Positions 47,421 to 59,800 of a stretch of DNA of 64,000 nucleotides are shown in pieces; the stretch's first letter is position 1; each line of letters starts with the position of its first letter. The notes below the pieces were generated by a model that did no database searches, was not told where the DNA came from, and worked only from the letters and a program-made list of their open reading frames with translations. This DNA is from Eledone cirrhosa (Eukaryota): positions 131,254,001 to 131,318,000 of the forward strand of contig OZ024743.1 of NCBI GenBank assembly GCA_964016885.1, read 5' to 3'. A program made the position numbers and the translations under genes.

Positions 47421-50400
47421 TTTGGTGCTTGGTGCTTGGTGTTTGGTGCTTGGTGCTTGGTGTTTGGTGCTTGGTGTTTGGTGCTTGGTGTTTGGTGCTT
47501 GGTGCTTGGTGCTTGGTGTTTGGTGCTTGGTGTTTGGTGCTTGGTGTTAGGTGTTTGGTGCTTGGTGCTTGGTGTTTGGTGTTTGGTGCTTGGTGTTTGG
47601 TGTTTGGTGTTATATGCTTGGTGTTTGATGCTTGGTGCTTGGTGCTTGGTGTTTGGTGCTTGGTGTTTGATGCTTGGTGCTTGGTGCTTGGTGTTTGGTG
47701 TTTGGTGCTTGGTGTTTGTACTTGGTGCTTGGTGCTTGGTTCTTGGTGTTTGGTTCGTGGTGTTTGGTGTTTGGTGCTTGGTGTTTGGTGTTTGGTGTTA
47801 TATGCTTGGTGTTTGATGCTTGGTGCTTGGTGCTTGGTGTTTGGTGCTTGGTGTTAGATGCTTGGTGCTTGGTGCTTGGTGTTTGGTGCTTGGTGCTTGG
47901 TGTTTGTACTTGGTGCTTGGTGCTTGGTTCTTGGTGTTTGGTGCTTGGTGCTTGGTGTTTGGTGCTTGGTGCTTGGTGTTTGGTGCTTGGTGTTTGGTGC
48001 TTGGTGTTTGGTGCTTGGTGCTTGGTGCTTAGTGCTTGGTGTTTGGTGCTTGGTGTTAGGTATTTGGTGCTTGGTGCTTGGTGTTTGGTGTTTGGTGCTT
48101 GGTGTTTGGTGCTTGGTGTTTGGTGTTAGGTGTTTGGTGCTTGGTGTTTGGTGTTTGGGTCTTGGTGTTTGGTGCTTGGTGTTTGGTGCTTGGTGTTTGG
48201 TGCTTGGTACTTGGTGCTTGGTGCTTCGTGTTAGGTGTTTGGTGCTTGGTGCTTGGTGTTTGGTTTTTGGTGCTTGGTGCTTGGTGTTTGGTGTTTGGTG
48301 CTTGCTGCTGGCTGCTTGGTGTTTGATGCTTGGTGATTGGTGCTTGGTGTTTTGTGCTTGGTGTTTGGTGTTTGGTGCTAGGTGCTTGGTGTTTGGTGCT
48401 TGGTGCTTGGTGCTTGGTGTTTGGTGTTTGGTTTTAGGTGCTTGGTGCTTGGTGTTTGGTGCTTGGTGCTGGGTGGTTGGTGTTTAGTGCTTGGTGTTTG
48501 GTGCTGGGTGCTTGGTGTTTGGTGCTTGGTGCTTGGTCTTTGGTGCTTGGTGTTTGGTGTTTGGTGCTTGGTGCTTGGTGCTTGGTGTTTGGTGCTTGGT
48601 GCTTGGTGTTTGGTGCTTGGTGCTTAGTGTTTGGTGCTTGGTGCTTAGTGTTTGGTGTTTGGTGCTTGGTGCTTGGTGTTTGGTGCTTACTGTTTGGTGC
48701 TTGGTGCTTGGTGTTTGGTGTTTGCTGTTTGCTGTTTAGTGTTTGTTGTTTGGTGTTTGTTGTTTGGTGTTTGCTGTTTGGTGTTTGGTGTTTGCTTTTT
48801 GGTGTTTGGTGTTTGCTGTATGTTGTTTGGTGTTTGGTGTTTGCTGTTTGGTGTTTGGTGCTTGTTGCTTGGTGTTTGGTGCTTGGTGCTTGGTGTTTGG
48901 TGCCTGGTGCTTGGTGCTTGGTGCTTGGTGTTTGGTGTTTGGTGCTTGGTGCTTGGAGTTTTTGTGTTTGGTGCTTGGTGCTTGGTGTTTCGTGTTTAGT
49001 GTTTGGTTTTTGGTGCTTGGTGCTTGGTGCTTGGTCCTTGGTGTTTGGTGCTGGGTGCATTGTTTTTGGTGCTTGGTGCTTGGTGCTTGGTGTTTGGTGT
49101 TTGCTGCTTGGTGTTTGATGCTTGGTGCTTGGTGGTTGGTGTTTTGTGTTTGGTGCTTGGTGCTTGGTGTTTGGTGCTTGGTGCTTGGTGCTTGGTGTTT
49201 GTACTTGGTGCTTGGTGATTGGTGTTTGGTTCTTGGTTCTTGGTGTTTGGTGTTTGGCGTTTGGTGTTTGGTGCTTGGTGCTTGGTGTTTGGTGCTTGGT
49301 GCTTGGTGTTTGGTGCCTGGTGCTTGGTGCTTGGTGCTTGGTGTTTGGTGTTTGGTGCTTGGTGCTTGGTGCTTGGAGTTTGGTGTTTGGTGCTTGGTGC
49401 TTTGTGTTTTGTGTTTGGTGTTTGGTTTTTGGTGCTTGGTGCTTGGTCCTTGGTGTTTGGTGCTGGGTGCTTTGTGTTTTGTGCTTGGTGCTTGGTGTTT
49501 GGTGTTTGCTGCTTGGTGTTTGATGCTTGGTGCTTGGTGCTTGGTGTTTTGTTTTTGGTGCTTGGTTCTTGGTGTTTGGTGCTTGGTGCTTGGTACTTGG
49601 TGTTTGTACTTGGTGCTTGGTGCTTGGTGTTTGGTTCTTGGTTCTTGGTGTTTGGTACTTGGTGCTTGGTGCTTGTTGTTTGGTGTTTGGTGCTTGGTGT
49701 TTGGTGCTTGGTACTTGGTGCTTGGTGCTTGGTGTTAGGTGTTTGGTGCTTGGTGCTTGGTGTTTGGTTTTTGGTGCTTGGTGCTTGGTGTTTGGTGTTT
49801 GGTCCTTGCTGCTGGCTGCTTGGTGTTTGATGCTGGGTGATTGGTGCTTGGTGTTTTGTGCTTGGTGTTTGGTGTTTGGTGCTAGGTGCTTGGTGTTTGG
49901 TGCTTGGTGCTTGGTGCTTGGTGTTTGGTGTTTGGTGTTAGGTGCTTGATGCTTGGTGTTTGGTGCTTGGTGCTGGGTGGTTGGTGTTTAGTGCTTGGTG
50001 TTTGGTGCTGGGTGCTTGGTGTTTGGTGCTTGGTGCTTGGTCTTTGGTGCTTGGTGTTTGGTGTTTGGTGCTTGGTGCTTGGTGCTTGGTGTTTGGTGCT
50101 TGGTGCTTGGTGTTTGGTGCTTGGTGCTTAGTGTTTGGTGCTTGGTGCTTAGTGTTTGGTGCTAGGTGCTTGGTGTTTGGTGCTTGGTGCTTGGTGTGTG
50201 GTGCCTGGTGCTTGGTGTTTGGTGTTTGGTGTTTGGTGCTTGGTGCTTGGTGTTTGGTGTTTGCTGTTTGTTGTTTGGTGTTTGCTGTTTGGTGTTTGGT
50301 GTTTGCTTTTTGGTGTTTGGTGTTTGCTGTATGTTGTTTGCTGTTTGGTGTTTGGTGTTTGGTGTTTGGTGCTTGGTGCTTGCTGCTGGCTGCTTGGTGT

Positions 50401-50859
50401 TTGATGCATGGTGATTTGTGCTTGGTGTTTGGTGCTTGGTGTTTGGTGTTTGATGCTTGGTGCTTGGTGTTTGGTGTTTGGTGTTTGGTGCTTGGTGCTT
50501 GGTGCTTGGTGTTTGGTGCTTGGTGCTTGGTGTTTGTACTTGGTGCTTGGTGCTTGGTTCTTGGTGTTTGGTGCCTGGTGTTTGGTGTTTGGTGCTTGGT
50601 GTTTGGTGTTTGGTGTTATATGCTTGGTGTTTGATGCTTGGTGCTTGGTGCTTGGTGTTTGGTGTTTGGTGTTTGATGCTTGGTGCTTGGTGCTTGGTGT
50701 TTGGTGCTTGGTGCTTGGTGTTTGTACTTGGTGCTTGGTGCTTGGTTCTTGGTGTTTGGTGCTTGGTGCTTGGTGTTTGGTGCTTGGTGCTTGGTGTTTG
50801 GTGCTTGGTGTTTGGTGCTTGGTGTTTGGTGCTTGGTGCTTGGTGCTTAGTGCTTGGTG

Positions 50860-53800
50860 TTTGGTGCTTGGTATTAGGTGTTTGGTGCTTGGTGCTTGGT
50901 GTTTGGTGTTTGGTGCTTGGTGTTTGGTGCTTGGTGTTTGGTGTTAGGTGTTTGGTGCTTGGTGTTTGGTGTTTGGTGCTTGGTGTTTGGTGCTTGGTGT
51001 TTGGTGCTTGGTGTTTGGTGCTTGGTACTTGGTGCTTGGTGCTTCGTGTTAGGTGTTTGGTGCTTGGTGCTTGGTGTTTGGTTTTTGGTGCTTGGTGCTT
51101 GGTGTTTGGTGTTTGGTGCTTGCTGCTGGCTGCTTGGTGTTTGATGCTTGGTGATTGGTGCTTGGTGTTTTGTGTTTGGTGCTTGGTGCTTGGTGTTTGG
51201 TGCTTGGTGCTTGGTGTTTGGTGCTTGGTGCTTGGTGTTTGGTTTTTGGTGCTTGGTGTTTGGTGTTTGGTGTTTGGTGCTTGCTGCTGGCTGCTTGGTG
51301 TTTGATGCATGGTGATTTGTGCTTGGTGTTTGGTGCTTGGTGTTTGGTGTTTGATGCTTGGTGCTTGGTGTTTGGTGTTTGATGCTTGGTGCTTGGTGCT
51401 TGGTGCTTGGTGCTTGGTGTTTGTTGTTTGGTGTTTGCTGTTTGGTGTTTGGTGTTTGCTTTTTGGTGTTTGGTGTTTGCTGTATGTTGTTTGGTGTTTG
51501 GTGTTTGGTGTTTGGTGTTTGGTGTTTGGTGCTTGTTGCTTGGTGTTTGGTGCTTGGTGCTTGGTGTTTGTTGCCTGGTGCTTGGTGCTTGGTGCTTGGT
51601 GTTTGGTGTTTGGTGCTTGGTGCTTGGAGTTTGGTGTTTGGTGCTTGGTGCTTGGTGTTTTGTGTTTCGTGTTTGGTTTTTGGTGCTTGGTGCTTGGTGC
51701 TTGGTCCTTGGTGTTTGGTGCTGGGTGCATTGTGTTTGGTGCTTGGTGCTTGGTGCTTGGTGTTTGGTGTTTGCTGCTTGGTGTTTGATGCTTGGTGCTT
51801 GGTGGTTGGTGTTTTGTGTTTGGTGCTTGGTGCTTGGTGTTTGGTGCTTGGTGCTTGGTGCTTGGTGTTTGGTTCTTGGTTCTTGGTGTTTGGTGTTTGG
51901 CGTTTGGTGTTTGGTGCTTGGTGCTTGGTGTTTGGTGCTTGGTGCTTGGTGTTTGGTGCCTGGTGCTTGGTGCTTGGTGCTTGGTGTTTGGTGTTTGGTG
52001 CTTGGTGCTTGGTGCTTGGAGTTTGGTGTTTGGTGCTTGGTGCTTTGTGTTTTGTGTTTGGTGTTTGGTTTTTGGTGCTTGGTGCTTGGTCCTTGGTGTT
52101 TGGTGCTGTGTGTTTGTGTTTTGTGCTTGGTGCTTGGTGTTTGGTGTTTGCTGCTTGGTGTTTGATGCTTGGTGCCTGGTGCTTGGTGTTTTGTTTTTGG
52201 TGCTTGGTTCTTGGTGTTTGGTGCTTGGTGCTTGGTACTTGGTGTTTGTACTTGGTGCTTGGTGCTTGGTGTTTGGTTCTTGGTTCTTGGTGTTTGGTAC
52301 TTGGTGCTTGGTGCTTGATGTTTGGTGTTTGGTGCTTGGTGTTTGGTGCTTGGTACTTGGTGCTTGGTGCTTGGTGTTAGGTGTTTGGTGCTTGGTGCTT
52401 GGTGTTTGGTTTTTGGTGCTTGGTGCTTGGTGTTTGGTGTTTGGTCCTTGCTTCTGGCTGCTTGGTGTTTGATGCTGGGTGATTGGTGCTTGGTGTTTTG
52501 TGCTTGGTGTTTGGTGTTTGGTGCTAGGTGCTTGGTGTTTGGTGCTTGGTGCTTGGTGCTTGGTGTTTGGTGTTTGGTGTTAGGTGCTTGATGCTTGGTG
52601 TTTGGTGCTTGGTGCTGGGTGGTTGGTGTTTAGTGCTTGGTGTTTGGTGCTGGGTGCTTGGTCTTTGGTGCTTGGTGTTTGGTGTTTGGTGCTTGGTGCT
52701 TGGTGCTTGGTGTTTGGTGCTTGGTGCTTGGTGTTTGGTGCTTGGTGCTTAGTGTTTGGTGCTTGGTGCTTAGTGTTTGGTGCTAGGTGCTTGGTGTTTG
52801 GTGCTTGGTGCTTGGTGTGTGGTGCCTGGTGCTTGGTGTTTGGTGTTTGGTGTTTGGTGCTTGGTGCTTGGTGTTTGGTGTTTGCTGTTTGCTGTTTGGT
52901 GTTTGTTGTTTGGTGTTTGTTGTTTGGTGTTTGCTGTTTGGTGTTTGGTGTTTGCTTTTTGGTGTTTGGTGTTTGCTGTATGTTGTTTGCTGTTTGGTGT
53001 TTGGTGTTTGGTGTTTGGTGCTTGGTGCTTGCTGCTGGCTGCTTGGTGCTTGGTGTTTGGTGCCTGGTGCTTGGTGCTTGGTGCTTGGTGTTTGGTGTTT
53101 GGTGCTTGGTGCTTGGAGTTTGGTGTTTGGTGCTTGGTGCTTGGTATTTCGTGTTTCGTGTTTGGTTTTTGGTGCTTGGTGCTTGGTGCTTGGTCCTTGG
53201 TGTTTGGTGCTGGGTGCTTGGTGTTTGGTGCTTGGTGCTTGGTCTTTGGTGCTTTGTGTTTGGTGCTTGGTGCTTGGTGTTTGGTGCTTGGTGCTTGGTG
53301 TTTGGTGCTTGGTGCTTGGTGTTTGGTTTTTGGTGATTGGTGTTTGGTGTTTGGTGTTTGGTGCTTGCTGCTGGCTGCTTGGTGTTTGATGCATGGTGAT
53401 TTGTGCTTGGTGTTTGGTGCTTGGTGTTTGGTGTTTGATGCTTGGTGCTTGGTGTTTGGTGTTTGATGCTTGGTGCTTGGTGCTTGGTGCTTGGTGCTTG
53501 GTGTTTGGTGCTTGGTGTTTGGTGTTTGGTGCTTGGTGATTCATGTTTCTACTTGGTGCTTGGTGCTTGGTTCTTGGTATTTGGTGCTTGGTGCTTGGTG
53601 TTTGGTGTTATATGCTTGGTGTTTGATGCTTGGTGCTTGGTGTTTGGTGTTTGGTGTTTGATGCTTGGTGCTTGGTGTTTGGTGCTTGGTGCTTGGTGTT
53701 TGTACTTGGTGCTTGGTGCTTGGTGCTTGGTGTTTGGTGCTTGGTATTTGGTGCTTGGTTCTTGGTGCTTGGTCCTTGGTGCTTGGTGTTTGGTGGTTGG

Positions 53801-56800
53801 TGTTTGGTGGTTGGTGTTAGGTGTTTGGTGCTTGGTGCTTGGTGTTTGGTGTTTGGTGCTTGGTGTTTGGTGTTTGGTGCTTGGTGTTTGGTGCTTGGTA
53901 CTTGGTGCTTGGTGCTTGGTGTTAGGTGTTTGGTGCTTGGTGTTTGGTGCTTGGTGTTTGGTGCTTGGTGTTTGGTGCTTGGTGTTTGGTGGTTGGTGTT
54001 TGGTGCTTGGTGTTTGGTGCTTGGTGTTACGTGTTTGGTGCTTGGTGCTTGGTGTTTGGTGTTTGGTGCTTGGTGTTTGGTGTTTGGTGCTTGGTGTTTG
54101 GTGCTTTTTGCTTGGTGCTTGCTGCTTGGTGTTTGGTGCTGGGTGCTTGGTGCTTGGTGTTTGGTGTTATATGCATGGTGTTTGATGCTTGGTGCTTGGT
54201 GCTTGGTGTTTGGTGTTTGGTGCTTGGTGTTTGATGCTTGGTGCTTGGTGCTTGGTGTTTGGTTCTTGGTTCTTGGTGTTTGGTACTTGGTGCTTGGTGC
54301 TTGATGTTTGGTGTTTGGTGCTTGGTGTTTGGTGCTTGGTGCTTGGTGCTTGGTGTTAGGTGTTTGGTGCTTGGTCCTTGGTGTTTGGTGCTTGGTGTTT
54401 GGTGTTTGCTGTTTGGTGTTAGGTGTTTGGTGCTTGGTGCTTGGTGTCTGGTTTTTGGTGCTTGGTGCTTGGTGTTTGGTGCTTGCTGCTGGCTGCTTGG
54501 TGTTTGGTGCTTGGTAATTGGTGCTTGGTGTTTGGTGTTTGGTGCTAGGTGCTTGGTGTTTGGTGCTTGGTGCTTGGTGTTTGGTGCTTGGTGCTTGGTG
54601 TTTGGTGCTTGGTGTTTGGTGCTTGGTGTTTGGTGCTTGGTGCTTGGTGCTTGGTGTTTGGTGCTTGGTGTTTGGTGCTTGGTGTTAGGTGTTTGGTGCT
54701 TGGTGCTTGGTGTTTGGTGTTTGGTGCTTGGTGTTTGGTGTTTGGTGTTATATGCTTGGTGTTTGATGCTTGGTGCTTGGTGCTTGGTGTTTGGTGCTTG
54801 GTGTTTGATGCTTGGTGCTTGGTGCTTGGTGTTTGGTGCTTGGTGCTTAGTGTTTGTACTTGGTGCTTGGTGCTTGGTTCTTGGTGTTTGGTTCTTGGTG
54901 TTTGGTGTTTGGTGCTTGGTGTTTGGTGTTTGGTGTTATATGCTTGGTGTTTGATGCTTGGTGCTTGGTGCTTGGTGTTTGGTGCTTGGTGTTTGATGCT
55001 TGGTGTTTGGTGCTTGGTGTTTGGTGCTTGGTGCTTGATGTTTGTACTTGGTGCTTGGTGCTTGGTTCTTGGTGTTTGGTGCTTGGTGCTTGGTGTTTGG
55101 TGCTTGGTGTTTGGTGCTTGGTGTTTGGTGCTTGGTGTTTGGTGCTTGGTGCTTGGTGCTTAGCGCTTGGTGTTTGGTGCTTGGTGTTAGGTGTTTGGTG
55201 CTTGGTGCTTGGTGTTTGGTGTTTGGTGCTTGGTGTTTGGTGCTTGGTGTTTGGTGTTAGGTGTTTGGTGCTTGGTGTTTGGTGTTTGGTTCTTGGTGTT
55301 TGGTGCTTGGTGTTTGGTGCTTGGTGTTTGGTGCTTGGTACTTGGGGCTTGGTCTTTGGTTCTTGGTGTTTGGTGTTTGGTGCTTGGTGCTTGGTGTTTG
55401 GTGCTTGGTGCTTGGTGCTGGGTGGTTGGTGTTTGGTGCTTGGTGCTTGGTGTTTGGTGCTTGGTGCTTGGTGCTTGGTGATGGGTGGTTGGTGCTTGGT
55501 GCTTGGTCTTTGGTTCATGGTGTTTGGTGTTTGGTGTTTGGTGTTTGGTGTTTGGTGCTTGCTGCTTGGTGCTTCGTGTTAGGTGTTTGGTGCTTGGTGC
55601 TTGGTGTTTGGTTTTTGGTGCTTGGTGCTTGGTGTTTGGTGTTTGGTGCTTGCTGCTGGCTGCTTGGTGTTTGATGCTTGGTGATTGGTGCTTGGTGTTT
55701 TGTGCTTGGTGTTTGGTGTTTGGTGCTAGGTGCTTGGTGTTTGGTGCTTGGTGCTTGGTGCTTGGTGTTTGGTGTTTGGTTTTAGGTGCTTGGTGCTTGG
55801 TGTTTGGTGCTTGGTGCTGGGTGGTTGGTGTTTAGTGCTTGGTGTTTGGTGCTGGGTGCTTGGTGTTTGGTGCTTGGTGCTTGGTCTTTGGTGCTTGGTG
55901 TTTGGTGTTTGGTGCTTGGTGCTTGGTGCTTGGTGTTTGGTGCTTGGTGCTTGGTGTTTGGTGCTTGGTGCTTAGTGTTTGGTGCTTGGTGCTTAGTGTT
56001 TGGTGTTTGGTGCTTGGTGCTTGGTGTTTGGTGCTTACTGTTTGGTGCTTGGTGCTTGGTGTTTGGTGTTTGCTGTTTGCTGTTTGGTGTTTGTTGTTTG
56101 GTGTTTGTTGTTTGGTGTTTGCTGTTTGGTGTTTGGTGTTTGCTTTTTGGTGTTTGGTGTTTGCTGTATGTTGTTTGGTGTTTGGTGTTTGGTGTTTGGT
56201 GTTTGGTGCTTGTTGCTTGGTGTTTGGTGCTTGGTGCTTGGTGTTTGGTGCCTGGTGCTTGGTGCTAGGTGCTTGGTGTTTGGTGCTTGGTGCTTGGTGT
56301 TTGGTGCTTGGTGCTTGGTGTTTGGTGCCTGGTGCTTGGTGCTTGGTGCTTGGTGTTTGGTGTTTGGTGCTTGGTACTTGGTGCTTGGAGTTTGGTGTTT
56401 GGTGCTTGGTGCTTTGTGTTTTGTGTTTGGTGTTTGGTTTTTGGTGCTTGGTGCTTGGTCCTTGGTGTTTGGTTCTGGGTGCTTTGTGTTTTGTGCTTGG
56501 TGCTTGGTATTTGGTGTTTGCTGCTTGGTGTTTGATGCTTGGTGCTTGGTGCTTGGTGTTTTGTTTTTGGTGCTTGGTTCTTGGTGTTTGGTGCTTGGTG
56601 CTTGGTACTTGGTGTTTGTACTTGGTGCTTGGTGCTTGGTGTTTGGTTCTTGGTTCTTGGTGTTTGGTACTTGGTGCTTGGTGCTTGATGTTTGGTGTTT
56701 GGTGCTTGGTGTTTGGTGCTTGGTACTTGGTGCTTGGTGCTTGGTGTTAGGTGTTTGGTGCTTGGTGCTTGGTGTTTGGTTTTTGGTGCTTGGTGCTTGG

Positions 56801-59800
56801 TGTTTGGTGTTTGGTGCTTGCTGCTGGCTGCTTGGTGTTTGATGCTTGGTGATTGGTGCTTGGTGTTTTGTGCTTGGTGTTTGGTGTTTGGTGCTAGGTG
56901 CTTGGTGTTTGATGCTTGGTGCTTGGTGCTTGGTGTTTGGTGTTTGGTGTTAGGTGCTTGTTGCTTGGTGTTTGGTGCTTGGTGCTGGGTGGTTGGTGTT
57001 TAGTGCTTGGTGTTTGGTGCTGGGTGCTTGGTGTTTGGTGCTTGGTGCTTGGTCTTTGGTGCTTGGTGTTTGGTGTTTGGTGCTTGGTGCTTGGTGCTTG
57101 GTGTTTGGTGCTTGGTGCTTGGTGTTTGGTGCTTGGTGCTTAGTGTTTGGTGCTTGGTGCTTAGTGTTTGGTGCTAGGTGCTTGTGGTTTGGTGCTTGGT
57201 GCTTGGTGTGTGGTGCCTGGTGCTTGGTGTTTGGTGTTTGGTGTTTGGTGCTTGGTGCTTGGTGTTTGGTGTTTGCTGTTTGCTGTTTGGTGTTTGTTGT
57301 TTGGTGTTTGTTGTTTGGTGTTTGCTGTTTGGTGCTTGGTGTTTGCTTTTTGGTGTTAGGTGTTTGCTGTATGTTGTTTGCTGTTTGGTGTTTGGTGTTT
57401 GGTGTTTGGTGCTTGGTGCTTGGTGTTTGGTGCTTGGTGCTTGGTGTTTGGTGCCTGGTGCTTGGTGCTTGGTGCTTGGTGTTTGGTGTTTGGTGCTTGG
57501 TGCTTGGAGTTTGGTGTTTGGTGCTTGGTGCTTGGTGTTTCGTGTTTCGTGTTTGGTTTTTGGTGCTTGGTGCTTGGTGCTTGGTCCTTGGTGTTTGGTG
57601 CTGGGTGCATTGTGTTTGGTGCTTGGTGCTTGGTGCTTGGTGTTTGGTGTTTGCTGCTTGGTGTTTGATGCTTGGTGCTTGGTGCTTGGTGTTAGGTGTT
57701 TGGTGCTTGGTGCTTGGTGTTTGGTGTTTGGTGCTTGGTGTTTGGTGCTTGGTGTTTGGTGTTAGGTGTTTGGTGCTTGGTGTTTGGTGTTTGGTGCTTG
57801 GTGTTTGGTGCTTGGTGTTTGGTGCTTGGTGTTTGGTGCTTGGTACTTGGTGCTTGGTGCTTCGTGTTAGGTGTTTGGTGCTTGGTGCTTGGTGTTTGGT
57901 TTTTGGTGCTTGGTGCTTGGTGTTTGGTGTTTGGTGCTTGCTGCTGGCTGCTTGGTGTTTGATGCTTGGTGATTGGTGCTTGGTGTTTTGTGTTTGGTGC
58001 TTGGTGCTTGGTGTTTGGTGCTTGGTGCTTGGTGTTTGGTGCTTGGTGCTTGGTGTTTGGTTTTTGGTGCTTGGTGTTTGGTGTTTGGTGTTTGGTGCTT
58101 GCTGCTGGCTGCTTGGTGTTTGATGCATGGTGATTTGTGCTTGGTGTTTGGTGCTTGGTGTTTGGTGTTTGATGCTTGGTGCTTGGTGTTTGGTGTTTGA
58201 TGCTTGGTGCTTGGTGCTTGGTGCTTGGTGCTTGGTGTTTGTTGTTTGGTGTTTGCTGTTTGGTGTTTGGTGTTTGCTTTTTGGTGTTTGGTGTTTGCTG
58301 TATGTTGTTTGGTGTTTGGTGTTTGGTGTTTGGTGTTTGGTGTTTGGTGCTTGTTGCTTGGTGTTTGGTGCTTGGTGCTTGGTGTTTGTTGCCTGGTGCT
58401 TGGTGCTTGGTGCTTGGTGTTTGGTGTTTGGTGCTTGGTGCTTGGAGTTTGGTGTTTGGTGCTTGGTGCTTGGTGTTTTGTGTTTCGTGTTTGGTTTTTG
58501 GTGCTTGGTGCTTGGTGCTTGGTCCTTGGTGTTTGGTGCTGGGTGCATTGTGTTTGGTGCTTGGTGCTTGGTGCTTGGTGTTTGGTGTTTGCTGCTTGGT
58601 GTTTGATGCTTGGTGCTTGGTGGTTGGTGTTTTGTGTTTGGTGCTTGGTGCTTGGTGTTTGGTGCTTGGTGCTTGGTGCTTGGTGTTTGGTTCTTGGTTC
58701 TTGGTGTTTGGTGTTTGGCGTTTGGTGTTTGGTGCTTGGTGCTTGGTGTTTGGTGCTTGGTGCTTGGTGTTTGGTGCCTGGTGCTTGGTGCTTGGTGCTT
58801 GGTGTTTGGTGTTTGGTGCTTGGTGCTTGGTGCTTGGAGTTTGGTGTTTGGTGCTTGGTGCTTTGTGTTTTGTGTTTGGTGTTTGGTTTTTGGTGCTTGG
58901 TGCTTGGTCCTTGGTGTTTGGTGCTGTGTGTTTGTGTTTTGTGCTTGGTGCTTGGTGTTTGGTGTTTGCTGCTTGGTGTTTGATGCTTGGTGCCTGGTGC
59001 TTGGTGTTTTGTTTTTGGTGCTTGGTTCTTGGTGTTTGGTGCTTGGTGCTTGGTACTTGGTGTTTGTACTTGGTGCTTGGTGCTTGGTGTTTGGTTCTTG
59101 GTTCTTGGTGTTTGGTACTTGGTGCTTGGTGCTTGATGTTTGGTGTTTGGTGCTTGGTGTTTGGTGCTTGGTACTTGGTGCTTGGTGCTTGGTGTTAGGT
59201 GTTTGGTGCTTGGTGCTTGGTGTTTGGTTTTTGGTGCTTGGTGCTTGGTGTTTGGTGTTTGGTCCTTGCTTCTGGCTGCTTGGTGTTTGATGCTGGGTGA
59301 TTGGTGCTTGGTGTTTTGTGCTTGGTGTTTGGTGTTTGGTGCTAGGTGCTTGGTGTTTGGTGCTTGGTGCTTGGTGCTTGGTGTTTGGTGTTTGGTGTTA
59401 GGTGCTTGATGCTTGGTGTTTGGTGCTTGGTGCTGGGTGGTTGGTGTTTAGTGCTTGGTGTTTGGTGCTGGGTGCTTGGTGTTTGGTGCTTGGTGCTTGG
59501 TCTTTGGTGCTTGGTGTTTGGTGTTTGGTGCTTGGTGCTTGGTGCTTGGTGTTTGGTGCTTGGTGCTTGGTGTTTGGTGCTTGGTGCTTAGTGTTTGGTG
59601 CTTGGTGCTTAGTGTTTGGTGCTAGGTGCTTGGTGTTTGGTGCTTGGTGCTTGGTGTGTGGTGCCTGGTGCTTGGTGTTTGGTGTTTGGTGTTTGGTGCT
59701 TGGTGCTTGGTGTTTGGTGTTTGCTGTTTGCTGTTTGGTGTTTGTTGTTTGGTGTTTGTTGTTTGGTGTTTGCTGTTTGGTGTTTGGTGTTTGCTTTTTG

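Noticed and set aside
50860-57690. 6832 and 6818 bp periods are exact multiples of 7, suggesting selection for phase
   Set aside because: By my count the unit holds seven 6-mers (~52107, 52247, 53547, 53700, 54854, 55042, 56616), which cancel to one unit. Other periods (837, 300, 5564, 8513) are not multiples of 7, so this is coincidence.
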